Assembly: GCA_045606105.1 (NCBI GenBank)
Contig: JAZURI010000002.1
Span: 96,001-160,000 of the forward strand
Origin: Spirochaetia bacterium
GTDB taxonomy: Bacteria; Spirochaetota; Spirochaetia; CADAEX01
Length of the DNA stretch: 64,000 nucleotides
Direction of reading: 5' to 3'
The notes under the pieces are model-generated. The model did not search any database, was not told the DNA's origin, and saw only the letters and a program-made list of their open reading frames with translations. Below are positions 56,728-64,000 of the stretch, in pieces; within the stretch, counting starts at the first letter, position 1; each line of letters opens with the position of its first letter. The position numbers were made by a program, and so were the translations under genes.

Positions 56728-57185
56728 TTTACACTCTCTATGGTTTGTTTGAAATAATTGTTAAGCTTTGAAATGGTTTTGACCAGGAATTCCCTTTCGC
56801 TTTCATCAAGCCCTTCGCTGATGCTTCTGACCATCCTTTTGTGGAAATACTGATGGCATGAATTGACCTTGCTGCCCTCCCGGGTAAGAAAAACCCGGAC
56901 TGCACGGCCGTCTGTCTGACACTGACGCTTTTCAAGATATCCCTTTTTTTCAAGCTTGTTTACGGCAACAGTTACGGAAGGCTTGGTAATACCGAGTTCA
57001 TCGGCAATCTCGCTGATGGTATACCCCTTTTCCTTCCCCTTTGATACTGCCTCCAGGAAGTGAATTTCACTGATGGAAAGATTGAGTTTTCTGCTTACGC
57101 TGTTTACTACCTTTTCCTCCAGATCTATAACATTGTTATAAATCTCTACCAGAATGTCATTTAAAGCCTCTGAAAATTCTTCCAT
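56724..57185 (-). CDS. fabT: MarR-family regulator of fatty acid synthesis (FabT-like)
   Basis: 'LSISEIHFLEAV', wHTH 'SVTVAVNKLEKKGY', 'DGRAVRVFLT..G', 'HQYFHKRMV'; first gene of the fab operon. Confidence 0.8.
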   Translation of the reverse strand: MEEFSEALNDILVEIYNNVIDLEEKVVNSVSRKLNLSISEIHFLEAVSKGKEKGYTISEIADELGITKPSVTVAVNKLEKKGYLEKRQCQTDGRAVRVFLTREGSKVNSCHQYFHKRMVRSISEGLDESEREFLVKTISKLNNYFKQTIESVK

Positions 57186-57204
57186 CAATCCACCTGAAAT
57201 TTAA

Positions 57205-57253
57205 TTAGTTTGGCTAACTAACTAAATTGTACTACTTATCGATGTTTTGTCAA
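57205..57253 (-). promoter_or_regulatory. fab operon promoter with overlapping FabT-like operator
   Basis: TTGACA-N16-TACAAT (57253-57226); imperfect palindrome TTAGTTTG-N5-CTAACTAA at 57205-57225. Confidence 0.6.
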
Positions 57254-57311
57254 GAGTAATTGAATAAAAAATTCCGATGTGATATTTTTCAGTTGTTTTC
57301 GGGGGACTGTA

Positions 57312-57641
57312 ATGCATTACACTATCATTCTTCTATTGATATCAAATATTTTCATGACATTTGCCTGGTACGGACACCTTAAATACAGGTCCACCAACCT
57401 GCTTATCGTAATACTTGTCAGCTGGGGAATTGCCTTTTTCGAGTACATTTTCCAGGTACCGGCCAACCGTATCGGAGTCAGATACATGACTACCCCGCAG
57501 CTGAAGATACTGCAGGAGGTAATCTCACTGACCGTTTTCTCGGTTTTTTCCATATTATGGTTAAAGGATCAGTTCAGATGGAACTATATAGCTGCATTTC
57601 TGTGCATTATCCTGGCCATATTCTTCGTATTCAAAAAATAG
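57312..57641 (+). CDS. Small DMT-superfamily membrane protein (DUF486-like)
   Basis: SNIFMTFAWYGHLK, SWGIAFFEY.FQVPANRIG, QLKILQEVI. Confidence 0.85.
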   Translation: MHYTIILLLISNIFMTFAWYGHLKYRSTNLLIVILVSWGIAFFEYIFQVPANRIGVRYMTTPQLKILQEVISLTVFSVFSILWLKDQFRWNYIAAFLCIILAIFFVFKK

Positions 57642-57650
57642 GAGATAAAA

Positions 57651-57938
57651 ATGAAACCGTTCTGTATTGAGGTAAGATATTTCACAAAACCAGGATGCCG
57701 GGAAAGCTTTATCAAAGAGATAAAGGAAAACAGGATTGCCGGAAAGGTCCTGACAGAAAACGGAGCCATCCGGTATGAATACTTCCTGTCGGCGGAAGAC
57801 AATGACATGGTTCTCCTGCTGGAGGAATGGGAAAGCCGTGAAGCACAGCAGGCACACATGAATCACCCAAATATGGAAACCATTGTGGCCATCAAGGAGA
57901 AATATGTGGCTTCAACCGAGCTGAAGATAATTGAGTGA
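57651..57938 (+). CDS. ABM-domain (putative quinol monooxygenase) protein
   Basis: ENGAIRYEYF, LLLEEWES.EAQQAH...P; AGGAG RBS. Confidence 0.8.
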   Translation: MKPFCIEVRYFTKPGCRESFIKEIKENRIAGKVLTENGAIRYEYFLSAEDNDMVLLLEEWESREAQQAHMNHPNMETIVAIKEKYVASTELKIIE

Positions 57939-58144
57939 AGCTGTTCCGCAGAATATAATCTTGTTGTATTTATCCGAATTCTATTTTATCGGGGAATATC
58001 AGCTTGAAGCTCCCTCAACTCCACGGTCTGCAATCTCATCAAAATTGCTTTATTAACTCAATAATTCAATACTACACTTTTAAAACTATTTATTTTTAAG
58101 TACTTTTAATATCCTGCTTTTAATTATACCAACTTACAGGCAAT

Positions 58145-58171
58145 AAAAAACCCCGGCAGATTTTACCGGGG
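58145..58171 (-). terminator. Terminator downstream of tRNA-Arg
   Basis: CCCCGG...CCGGGG stem followed by T6 on the minus strand. Confidence 0.75.
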
Positions 58172-58175
58172 AACT

Positions 58176-58248
58176 TGAACGATGGGGGAATCGAACTCCC
58201 GACTTCTTCCTCCGGAGGGAAGCGCTCTATCCACTGAGCTAATCGTCC
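58176..58248 (-). tRNA. tRNA-Arg(CCG), CCA not encoded
   Basis: GGACGATTAGCTCAGTGGATAGAGCGCTTCCCTCCGGAGGAAGAAGTCGGGAGTTCGATTCCCCCATCGTTCA folds as a cloverleaf; anticodon arm CTTCC-CTCCGGA-GGAAG; upstream TTGACA-N17-TATTAT. Confidence 0.93.
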
Positions 58249-58298
58249 GTATAATAAAATAATATTGTTCTCACCCCCTTCTGTCAAGCACGGAATTA

Positions 58299-58347
58299 TT
58301 GACCAATGCTATATAAAAGTAGTATACTCTAGTAAACCGATAGGAAA
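58299..58347 (+). promoter_or_regulatory. Fe-S operon promoter with possible Rrf2 operator
   Basis: TTGACC-N18-TATACT followed by the weak dyad CTCTAGTAAACCGATAGGA. Confidence 0.4.
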
Positions 58348-58352
58348 AGGAA

Positions 58353-58778
58353 ATGTTTCAGATTTCAGCCGGCCTGCAGTATGGTCTCAGAGCTTTGATT
58401 TATCTCGCATCTTCGGATAAGGTGGAAAATATTGCCTCAGTATCCCAGAGGGAGAATATTCCCAGAAAGTTCCTTGAAAACATATTCACCCAGCTGAAGA
58501 AAAACATGATTGTCCGGAGTATCCGGGGACCCGAGGGTGGCTATGTGCTTGCCCGCAACGCCGGAGATATCACTCTCTACGAGATCTTCGATGCCATAGA
58601 GGGTTCTCCTACCCTGGTAAAATGCCTGGAGGACAACAAAACCTGCCATATGTCGGATGCCTGTATGGTCAGGAACTTCTGGAATGACTATCAGGAATAC
58701 ATCAGAAAATATCTTGACGACATGTCGCTTCAAGATTTGTTAGACAAATATTCTGACGGAGTGAAATTCAATGGATAA
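58353..58778 (+). CDS. iscR: Rrf2-family regulator (IscR-like)
   Basis: YGLRAL, FLENIF, SIRGPEGGY, three Cys (C-x6-C-x5-C); upstream of a cysteine desulfurase. Confidence 0.8.
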   Translation: MFQISAGLQYGLRALIYLASSDKVENIASVSQRENIPRKFLENIFTQLKKNMIVRSIRGPEGGYVLARNAGDITLYEIFDAIEGSPTLVKCLEDNKTCHMSDACMVRNFWNDYQEYIRKYLDDMSLQDLLDKYSDGVKFNG

Positions 58779-59946
58779 AAGAAACGTCTATATGGACTAC
58801 AACGCTACCACCCCTATCCATCCTCTTGTAAAGCAGGAGCTTCTGGATACTCTGGATATATGCGGCAACGGTTCAAGTATGCACACTTTCGGCCGTGAAG
58901 CCATGGAAAGAATTGAAAATGCAAGAACCAAGATTGCATCTCTCATAAATGCACAGCCTAACGAGATTATTTTTACTGCAGGCGGTACAGAATCCGACAA
59001 CACTGTTCTCAACTATGTTGCATTCGGAAGCAAGACATCGGGAAAGAATGAGATCATCACCACCCCTATCGAGCATCCGGCTATTCTGGAAACTGCAAAA
59101 TTTCTCGAAAATTTCGGTATTGTTACAAAATTCATGAAGGTAGACAGCACTGGTCGTGTAAATCCTGAAGAGCTTTATGAGCTGATTACCGACAAGACAG
59201 CCCTTATTTCAGTTATGGCTGCAAACAATGAAATCGGAACCATTCAGGATATCAAAGCTATCGGTGCCATTGCCAAAGAAAAAGGTGTCTATTTCCATAC
59301 CGATGCGGTTCAGGCTATCGGAAAGATAAAGATTGATGTCAGGGATATGAATATCGACTTCCTCAGCATGTCGGGACATAAGATCTATGCCCCTAAGGGA
59401 ATCGGTATCCTCTATGTCAGAAAAGGGGTTCCTTACTGCCCTTTCATCCACGGAGGACATCAGGAGGGAGGCCGCAGGGCAGGAACTCTCAACACCACAG
59501 GTATCGTTGCTCTCGGAAAGGCGGCAGAAATGGCAGAGCTGGAGCTTGAAGAGGAATATACAAAGCTTTCATCCCTGAGGGACAGACTCAAGAAAGGAAT
59601 CATTGAATCCATTCCAGATATCAGGGTAAACGGAAACCAGGAGCACTGTCTCCCGAACACCCTTAATGTTTCATTTATCGGAGCCGAGGGTGAATCCATA
59701 CTTCTTTACATGGATCTTGAGGGAATTGCGGTTTCCACAGGTTCAGCCTGCTCCACAGGTTCTCTTGAGCCTTCTCATGTGCTTATGGCTACCGGCGTTG
59801 ATGCAGAGCTGGCTCACGGCTCCATCAGATTCAGCCTCGGCAGGGAAAACACAGAAGAGGATGTTGACTATGTACTGGAAAAACTTCCTCCTATCATCGA
59901 AAAAATAAGAAAAATGTCCACTGTTTACAGAAAGGGAGGAAAATAA
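58771..59946 (+). CDS. iscS: Cysteine desulfurase (IscS/NifS)
   Basis: YMDYNATTP, NNEIGTIQ, HTDAVQA, SGHKIYAPKG, STGSACS. Confidence 0.95.
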   Translation: MDKRNVYMDYNATTPIHPLVKQELLDTLDICGNGSSMHTFGREAMERIENARTKIASLINAQPNEIIFTAGGTESDNTVLNYVAFGSKTSGKNEIITTPIEHPAILETAKFLENFGIVTKFMKVDSTGRVNPEELYELITDKTALISVMAANNEIGTIQDIKAIGAIAKEKGVYFHTDAVQAIGKIKIDVRDMNIDFLSMSGHKIYAPKGIGILYVRKGVPYCPFIHGGHQEGGRRAGTLNTTGIVALGKAAEMAELELEEEYTKLSSLRDRLKKGIIESIPDIRVNGNQEHCLPNTLNVSFIGAEGESILLYMDLEGIAVSTGSACSTGSLEPSHVLMATGVDAELAHGSIRFSLGRENTEEDVDYVLEKLPPIIEKIRKMSTVYRKGGK

Positions 59947-60542
59947 TGAATTCATGGGTATATACAGAAAAAGTAAAAGAGCATTTCACAAATCCTAAAA
60001 ATATTCTTGATGATGAAGAATCATTCGGTGCAGACGGCCGCGGAGAGGTCGGAAACATTGCCTGCGGAGACCAGATGCTGGTTGTTATCAAGGTAAAGGA
60101 CAATATCATCACAGAATGCAAATGGAAGACATACGGCTGTGCCAGTGCCATTGCCAGCACATCAATGATGAGCGAGATGGTTGTGGGCATGACTATCCAG
60201 GAGGCATACAAGATCAAGCCGGACGATATCGTAGGTGAACTGGGAGGTCTCCCGGGACATAAGATCCACTGCTCCGTACTGGGTGACAGGGCCCTGAGAG
60301 CTGCCATCGAGGATTACTGCAGGAAAAACGGACTTGAGGATAAGCTCGAGAAGGAAAAAGCCATTGTTATCTGTGTCTGCAACAACATTACAGACCAGGA
60401 TATCGAAGACTTCATCAAGAACGGAGGCAAAAGCTTCGAGGAATTCCAGGAGAAGACCAAGATTGCCACAGTCTGCGGCGGATGCAAGGAAAAAGCAATG
60501 GATGTCTTTGAAGGATATATGCACCTTTTCGGAGGACATTGA
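59946..60542 (+). CDS. Fe-S scaffold (IscU/NifU-N) fused to a BFD-like [2Fe-2S] domain
   Basis: ACGD, GCASAIAS, KIHCS, then CVC...CGGC. Confidence 0.88.
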   Translation: MNSWVYTEKVKEHFTNPKNILDDEESFGADGRGEVGNIACGDQMLVVIKVKDNIITECKWKTYGCASAIASTSMMSEMVVGMTIQEAYKIKPDDIVGELGGLPGHKIHCSVLGDRALRAAIEDYCRKNGLEDKLEKEKAIVICVCNNITDQDIEDFIKNGGKSFEEFQEKTKIATVCGGCKEKAMDVFEGYMHLFGGH

Positions 60543-60781
60543 TGAAAAAGAGTACCGTCCTGATAATCGGCGCGCTTACGGGACTGATTATCGGTTATCT
60601 TGTTTTTGCAAAGACAGGAAACAGCTATATTGAGCTGAAAACCCTGGTTCTTCCTGCAAAAAATGCCCTGGTCAAGGCTTTAAACAAGATCGGCGACCTT
60701 AATACCGTAAGAATCCAGATTCTGGCCTGCGGTGCTGCAGGTGCCATACTCAGCATGCTGCTTTTCAGAAAGAAAAAATAA
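60542..60781 (+). CDS. Small hypothetical membrane protein
   Basis: GGAGG RBS; two hydrophobic helices; ATG overlaps the upstream stop. Confidence 0.65.
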   Translation: MKKSTVLIIGALTGLIIGYLVFAKTGNSYIELKTLVLPAKNALVKALNKIGDLNTVRIQILACGAAGAILSMLLFRKKK

Positions 60782-60784
60782 ATA

Positions 60785-61726
60785 TCAGAAGGGCCGGCCG
60801 CAGGCTTTCGGGGCTGAGCTCTTTCTTGATGAAAACACAAGGGCAATCAATGTAGCTATATACGGAAACGCACCGAATACGGCTGTAGGGATATCCTGCA
60901 GCCCCGGAAAAACCCGTCCCATATTAGATACAGTCATACAAATACCGAAAAAGAAGGATGTCCCCAGTATTCCCAGCGGATTCCAGTGACCGAAAATCAT
61001 TGCTGCAATAGCAAGAAATCCCAAACCGTTCATACCTGCTACGGCATTGAAATCTCCGGCATAAGTTACAAGAACACATGCACCTGCAAGCCCGGAAAAC
61101 AATCCTGAAGCCATTACCCCCAGATATCTCATTTTTATAACATTTATTCCTGCGGAAGCAACGGCAGAAGGATGTTCACCGCACCCCCTGAGCCTGAGAC
61201 CGAAACTTGTCCTGTAAAGAAGAAAAAACATCATTCCCCATAGTATCAGGCAAAGATATGTGGACCAGTATACATTGGAAAAGAGAAGCGGACCTATAAC
61301 CGGGATTTCTGACAGAAGAGGTACATCTGTCCTGATGATTCCTCTGGTAATGTGAATATTTCCGGCACCTGTAATAACCTTGGCCATAAAGACTGTTAAC
61401 GAAGAGGCAAGCATATTGACAGCAATTCCGGATATTATCTGGTCTGCCTTGAGATTGACTGCGGCAAATGCATAAAGAAGAGAAAAGATTACCCCTCCTG
61501 ACATAGCTGCCAATATTCCCAGAACAACAGACAATGTAAAGGAAATCCCCGATTCCTGAAGAAGCATTACAGTCAGTGCTGAAACAAAGCATCCGATAAG
61601 CATGAGTCCCTCTATACAGAGATTTGTAACTCCGGACCTTTCGCATATAAGACATCCCAGAGCTGCCATCAGCAGAGGCATGGTATATGTGACGGAATTC
61701 TGAAAAATAGAATAAATTATTTCCAT
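60785..61726 (-). CDS. Nucleoside-type ABC transporter permease (NupC-like)
   Basis: ERSGVTNLCIEG, FGLRLRGCGEHP, GFLAIAAMIFG, PYIATL. Confidence 0.88.
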   Translation of the reverse strand: MEIIYSIFQNSVTYTMPLLMAALGCLICERSGVTNLCIEGLMLIGCFVSALTVMLLQESGISFTLSVVLGILAAMSGGVIFSLLYAFAAVNLKADQIISGIAVNMLASSLTVFMAKVITGAGNIHITRGIIRTDVPLLSEIPVIGPLLFSNVYWSTYLCLILWGMMFFLLYRTSFGLRLRGCGEHPSAVASAGINVIKMRYLGVMASGLFSGLAGACVLVTYAGDFNAVAGMNGLGFLAIAAMIFGHWNPLGILGTSFFFGICMTVSNMGRVFPGLQDIPTAVFGAFPYIATLIALVFSSRKSSAPKACGRPF

Positions 61727-62793
61727 AAATGCTTTCTCCCGATAATGAATGCGGATATTCTTTTTCCGTATCCCGCAAAAAGGACACTTACGGCACTGCT
61801 GTAAATTATTACCGCTATTACGGTATCGACAAGATCCTGAGGAATTCCCATGACAGCCAGTGACCCGGAAGCCATTCTCAGGATACCGAAGAATAAAGCA
61901 GAAAAGAGGATTCCCACAGGGTTGCAGTTTCCAAGAAGCGCCACGGCAATTCCGTTGAACCCTTCGGAAGGCATGATACCTATCACAATACTGTCAGTAT
62001 AACCGCAGTACATGGTCACACCGGCAAGACCGGCAAGAACACCGGAAATGAACATTGTCGTAATTATGGTAGATGATACATTGATACCGGCATATTCAGC
62101 ACAGCTTCTGTTGGCCCCTACTGCTTTCAGTCTGAAACCGAGTGTACTCCTGTCCAGAATAAACTTCACCGCAAAAACCATAATGAGTGCTATTATCAGT
62201 CCGTAATTAAGGGTGGAATATAGGGTCAGTTCCCGGATCCATTCCGCACTCAGGGTTTTTTCTACAGGAAGAGAGGCGGATCTGATGAGAACAGAGGGAT
62301 TACAGATAAATCTTGGAACAGCATCATATACAATCCAATAGGCAACCCAGTTCATCATGATTGTGGAAACAACTTCATGGACATTGTACCTGGCTTTAAG
62401 AAAACCGGCTACAATACTCCATAAGCCTCCTGTTGCCGCTGCTGTAACCACAATGATAAGAATGGTTATTATCCTTGGTACGGAATCCGGAAGGTAGGCG
62501 GCTGCAAGGGAGGCTGCCAGTCCTCCCATAATCATCTGCCCTGCGATACCTATATTGAAAAGCCCGCATCTGAAGGCAAAAGCAAATGAGAGTCCTGTCA
62601 GTATAAGCTGGGTTGCACATCCCAGAGTACAGGCAATTCTTCTTCCGGTAGCCAGAGCTCCGAAAAAGATCTCATAAAGCCCCACAAAAGGATTCTTCCC
62701 TACACAGGCTATAAAAATCATACCGGCGGCAAGTCCTGCGGTTACTGCCATAAGAGATGTAATAATTACAGAAAGTTTTTTAGACTCACCCAT
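61717..62793 (-). CDS. Nucleoside-type ABC transporter permease (NupB-like)
   Basis: GLFNIGIAGQ, HEVVSTIMMN, GFNGIAVALLG. Confidence 0.88.
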   Translation of the reverse strand: MGESKKLSVIITSLMAVTAGLAAGMIFIACVGKNPFVGLYEIFFGALATGRRIACTLGCATQLILTGLSFAFAFRCGLFNIGIAGQMIMGGLAASLAAAYLPDSVPRIITILIIVVTAAATGGLWSIVAGFLKARYNVHEVVSTIMMNWVAYWIVYDAVPRFICNPSVLIRSASLPVEKTLSAEWIRELTLYSTLNYGLIIALIMVFAVKFILDRSTLGFRLKAVGANRSCAEYAGINVSSTIITTMFISGVLAGLAGVTMYCGYTDSIVIGIMPSEGFNGIAVALLGNCNPVGILFSALFFGILRMASGSLAVMGIPQDLVDTVIAVIIYSSAVSVLFAGYGKRISAFIIGRKHLWK

Positions 62794-64000
62794 TTTTTAT
62801 TCCTGTCATCATAAGTCCCACCGCATTTATATCGGTTTCTTCTCTTTTTACTATATCAATGATTTGTCCGCTGTTTATTACTGCAATACGGTCGGAAAGA
62901 TTGAATATTTCATCAAGTTCAAAGGATATCAGAAGAACCCCTTTTCCCTTGTCACGCTGCTCCACTATCATTCTGTGGATAAAACTGACAGCACCTACAT
63001 CAAGTCCCCTTGTAGGCTGAACTGCCAGAAGAAGGTCGGGGTTTTCCGTTATCTCCCTTCCGATAATCATTTTCTGCTGATTTCCGCCGGAAAGAGAACC
63101 TGCGCTGCTGTCAGCACCTTCTCCGCACCTTACATCGAAAGTATCAATTATTTTTTCTGCATGACGGGTTATTTCATCAAAACAGAGGATATTGTTGCTT
63201 GAAAATTTCCCGGTATAATATTTTTTTATCACGGCATTGAATGAGAGTGAAAAATCGGGAACCAGACCTCTTTTCAGCCGGTCTTCGGGAATATGTCCCA
63301 ATCCACCTTCATTTCTTTCCCTGACACTGAGGGATGTTATGTTACGGCCGGAAAGAATTATGCTTCCTTCCGATATCCTGATGAGACCGGCCACCGCTTC
63401 CGCAAGTTCAGTCTGCCCATTGCCTGAAACTCCGGCAATTCCCAGGATTTCTCCCTTCCGCACATCCAGGGATAAATTGTTTACAACCTTCACCCCTTTT
63501 TTGTCAACAATACTGATGTTCTTGATTTCAAGAACCTTGTTTCCGGGAACGGAAGGCTTTTTTTCCAAACTCAATGATACCGGGTGCCCAACCATCAGTG
63601 ATGCCATTTCCTGTACTCCCACCGAAGCCACATCCACTGTATCTATATATTTTCCACGCCTTATAATGGTACATTTTCCTGCCAGGGTTTTTATTTCCGC
63701 CAGCTTGTGGGTAATAAGTATGACTGATTTTCCTTCGGCAGCCAAAGCTCTGATGATTTTTATGAATTCCTTTGTTTCAGACAGAGTAAGGACTGCCGTA
63801 GGTTCGTCAAACAGAAGAATATCGGCATCCCTGTACAGCATCCTGATTATTTCCACCCGCTGCTGCATCCCCACGGTAATATCCGATATCTTCATGTCAG
63901 GTTCTATCATAAGTCCGTACTTTTCCGATATTTTCCTGATTCTGCGGCCGGCTTCCTCCAGGTTGTATACAAAACCTCCCTCATTTCCCATAATAATGTT
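62786..64000 (-). CDS. CUT2/nucleoside ABC ATP-binding protein (NupA-like), 5' truncated by window edge
   Basis: VGMQQRVEI, FDEPTAVL, ITHKL, IPEDR, LSGGNQQK, QPTRGLD; frame open to the window end. Confidence 0.9.
   Translation of the reverse strand, partial: NIIMGNEGGFVYNLEEAGRRIRKISEKYGLMIEPDMKISDITVGMQQRVEIIRMLYRDADILLFDEPTAVLTLSETKEFIKIIRALAAEGKSVILITHKLAEIKTLAGKCTIIRRGKYIDTVDVASVGVQEMASLMVGHPVSLSLEKKPSVPGNKVLEIKNISIVDKKGVKVVNNLSLDVRKGEILGIAGVSGNGQTELAEAVAGLIRISEGSIILSGRNITSLSVRERNEGGLGHIPEDRLKRGLVPDFSLSFNAVIKKYYTGKFSSNNILCFDEITRHAEKIIDTFDVRCGEGADSSAGSLSGGNQQKMIIGREITENPDLLLAVQPTRGLDVGAVSFIHRMIVEQRDKGKGVLLISFELDEIFNLSDRIAVINSGQIIDIVKREETDINAVGLMMTGIKNG

Noticed and set aside
57940-58140. 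Coding-like fragment on the minus strand (…FDEIADRGVEG…/…LIFPDKIEFG…) as a possible pseudogene next to the tRNA
   Set aside because: Too short, interrupted and not recognisable; a translated search would be needed.
1-64000. CRISPR arrays, IS elements, prophage, defence systems, recoded stop codons
   Set aside because: No regularly spaced repeats or transposase, integrase or phage motifs were seen, and the recognisable genes are intact under the standard bacterial code.

Overview
Gene-dense, mostly core-genome segment of a diderm bacterium, most likely a spirochaete (class Spirochaetia). The assignment rests on the tamB-bamA-skp-mutS order, groES without groEL, a short RpoZ, an insert-bearing RecJ and spirochaete-type lipoboxes. 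Contents: M16 peptidase, rnz, a GldA/F/G+DUF4340 ABC module, tmk, Tam/Bam genes, mutS, lon, an RNB nuclease, a translation/cell-wall cluster through rpsA, an alternative RpoS-like sigma factor, tmRNA, a six-gene Ehr complex (hydrogenase-related, NiFe ligands missing), recJ/recO, a Firmicute-style fabT-fabH-acpP-fabK-fabD-fabG-fabF-fabZ operon, tRNA-Arg(CCG), a minimal Fe-S assembly operon and part of a nucleoside-type ABC importer. No CRISPR array, IS element or prophage was seen. The most interesting signal is non-coding and surrounds the sigma gene: a near-consensus sigma54 promoter, two phased enhancer-like sites, and a candidate small RNA complementary to the sigma gene's ribosome-binding region. 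Predicted leaderless promoters recur across the window. All calls come from reading the sequence by eye, without database searches.
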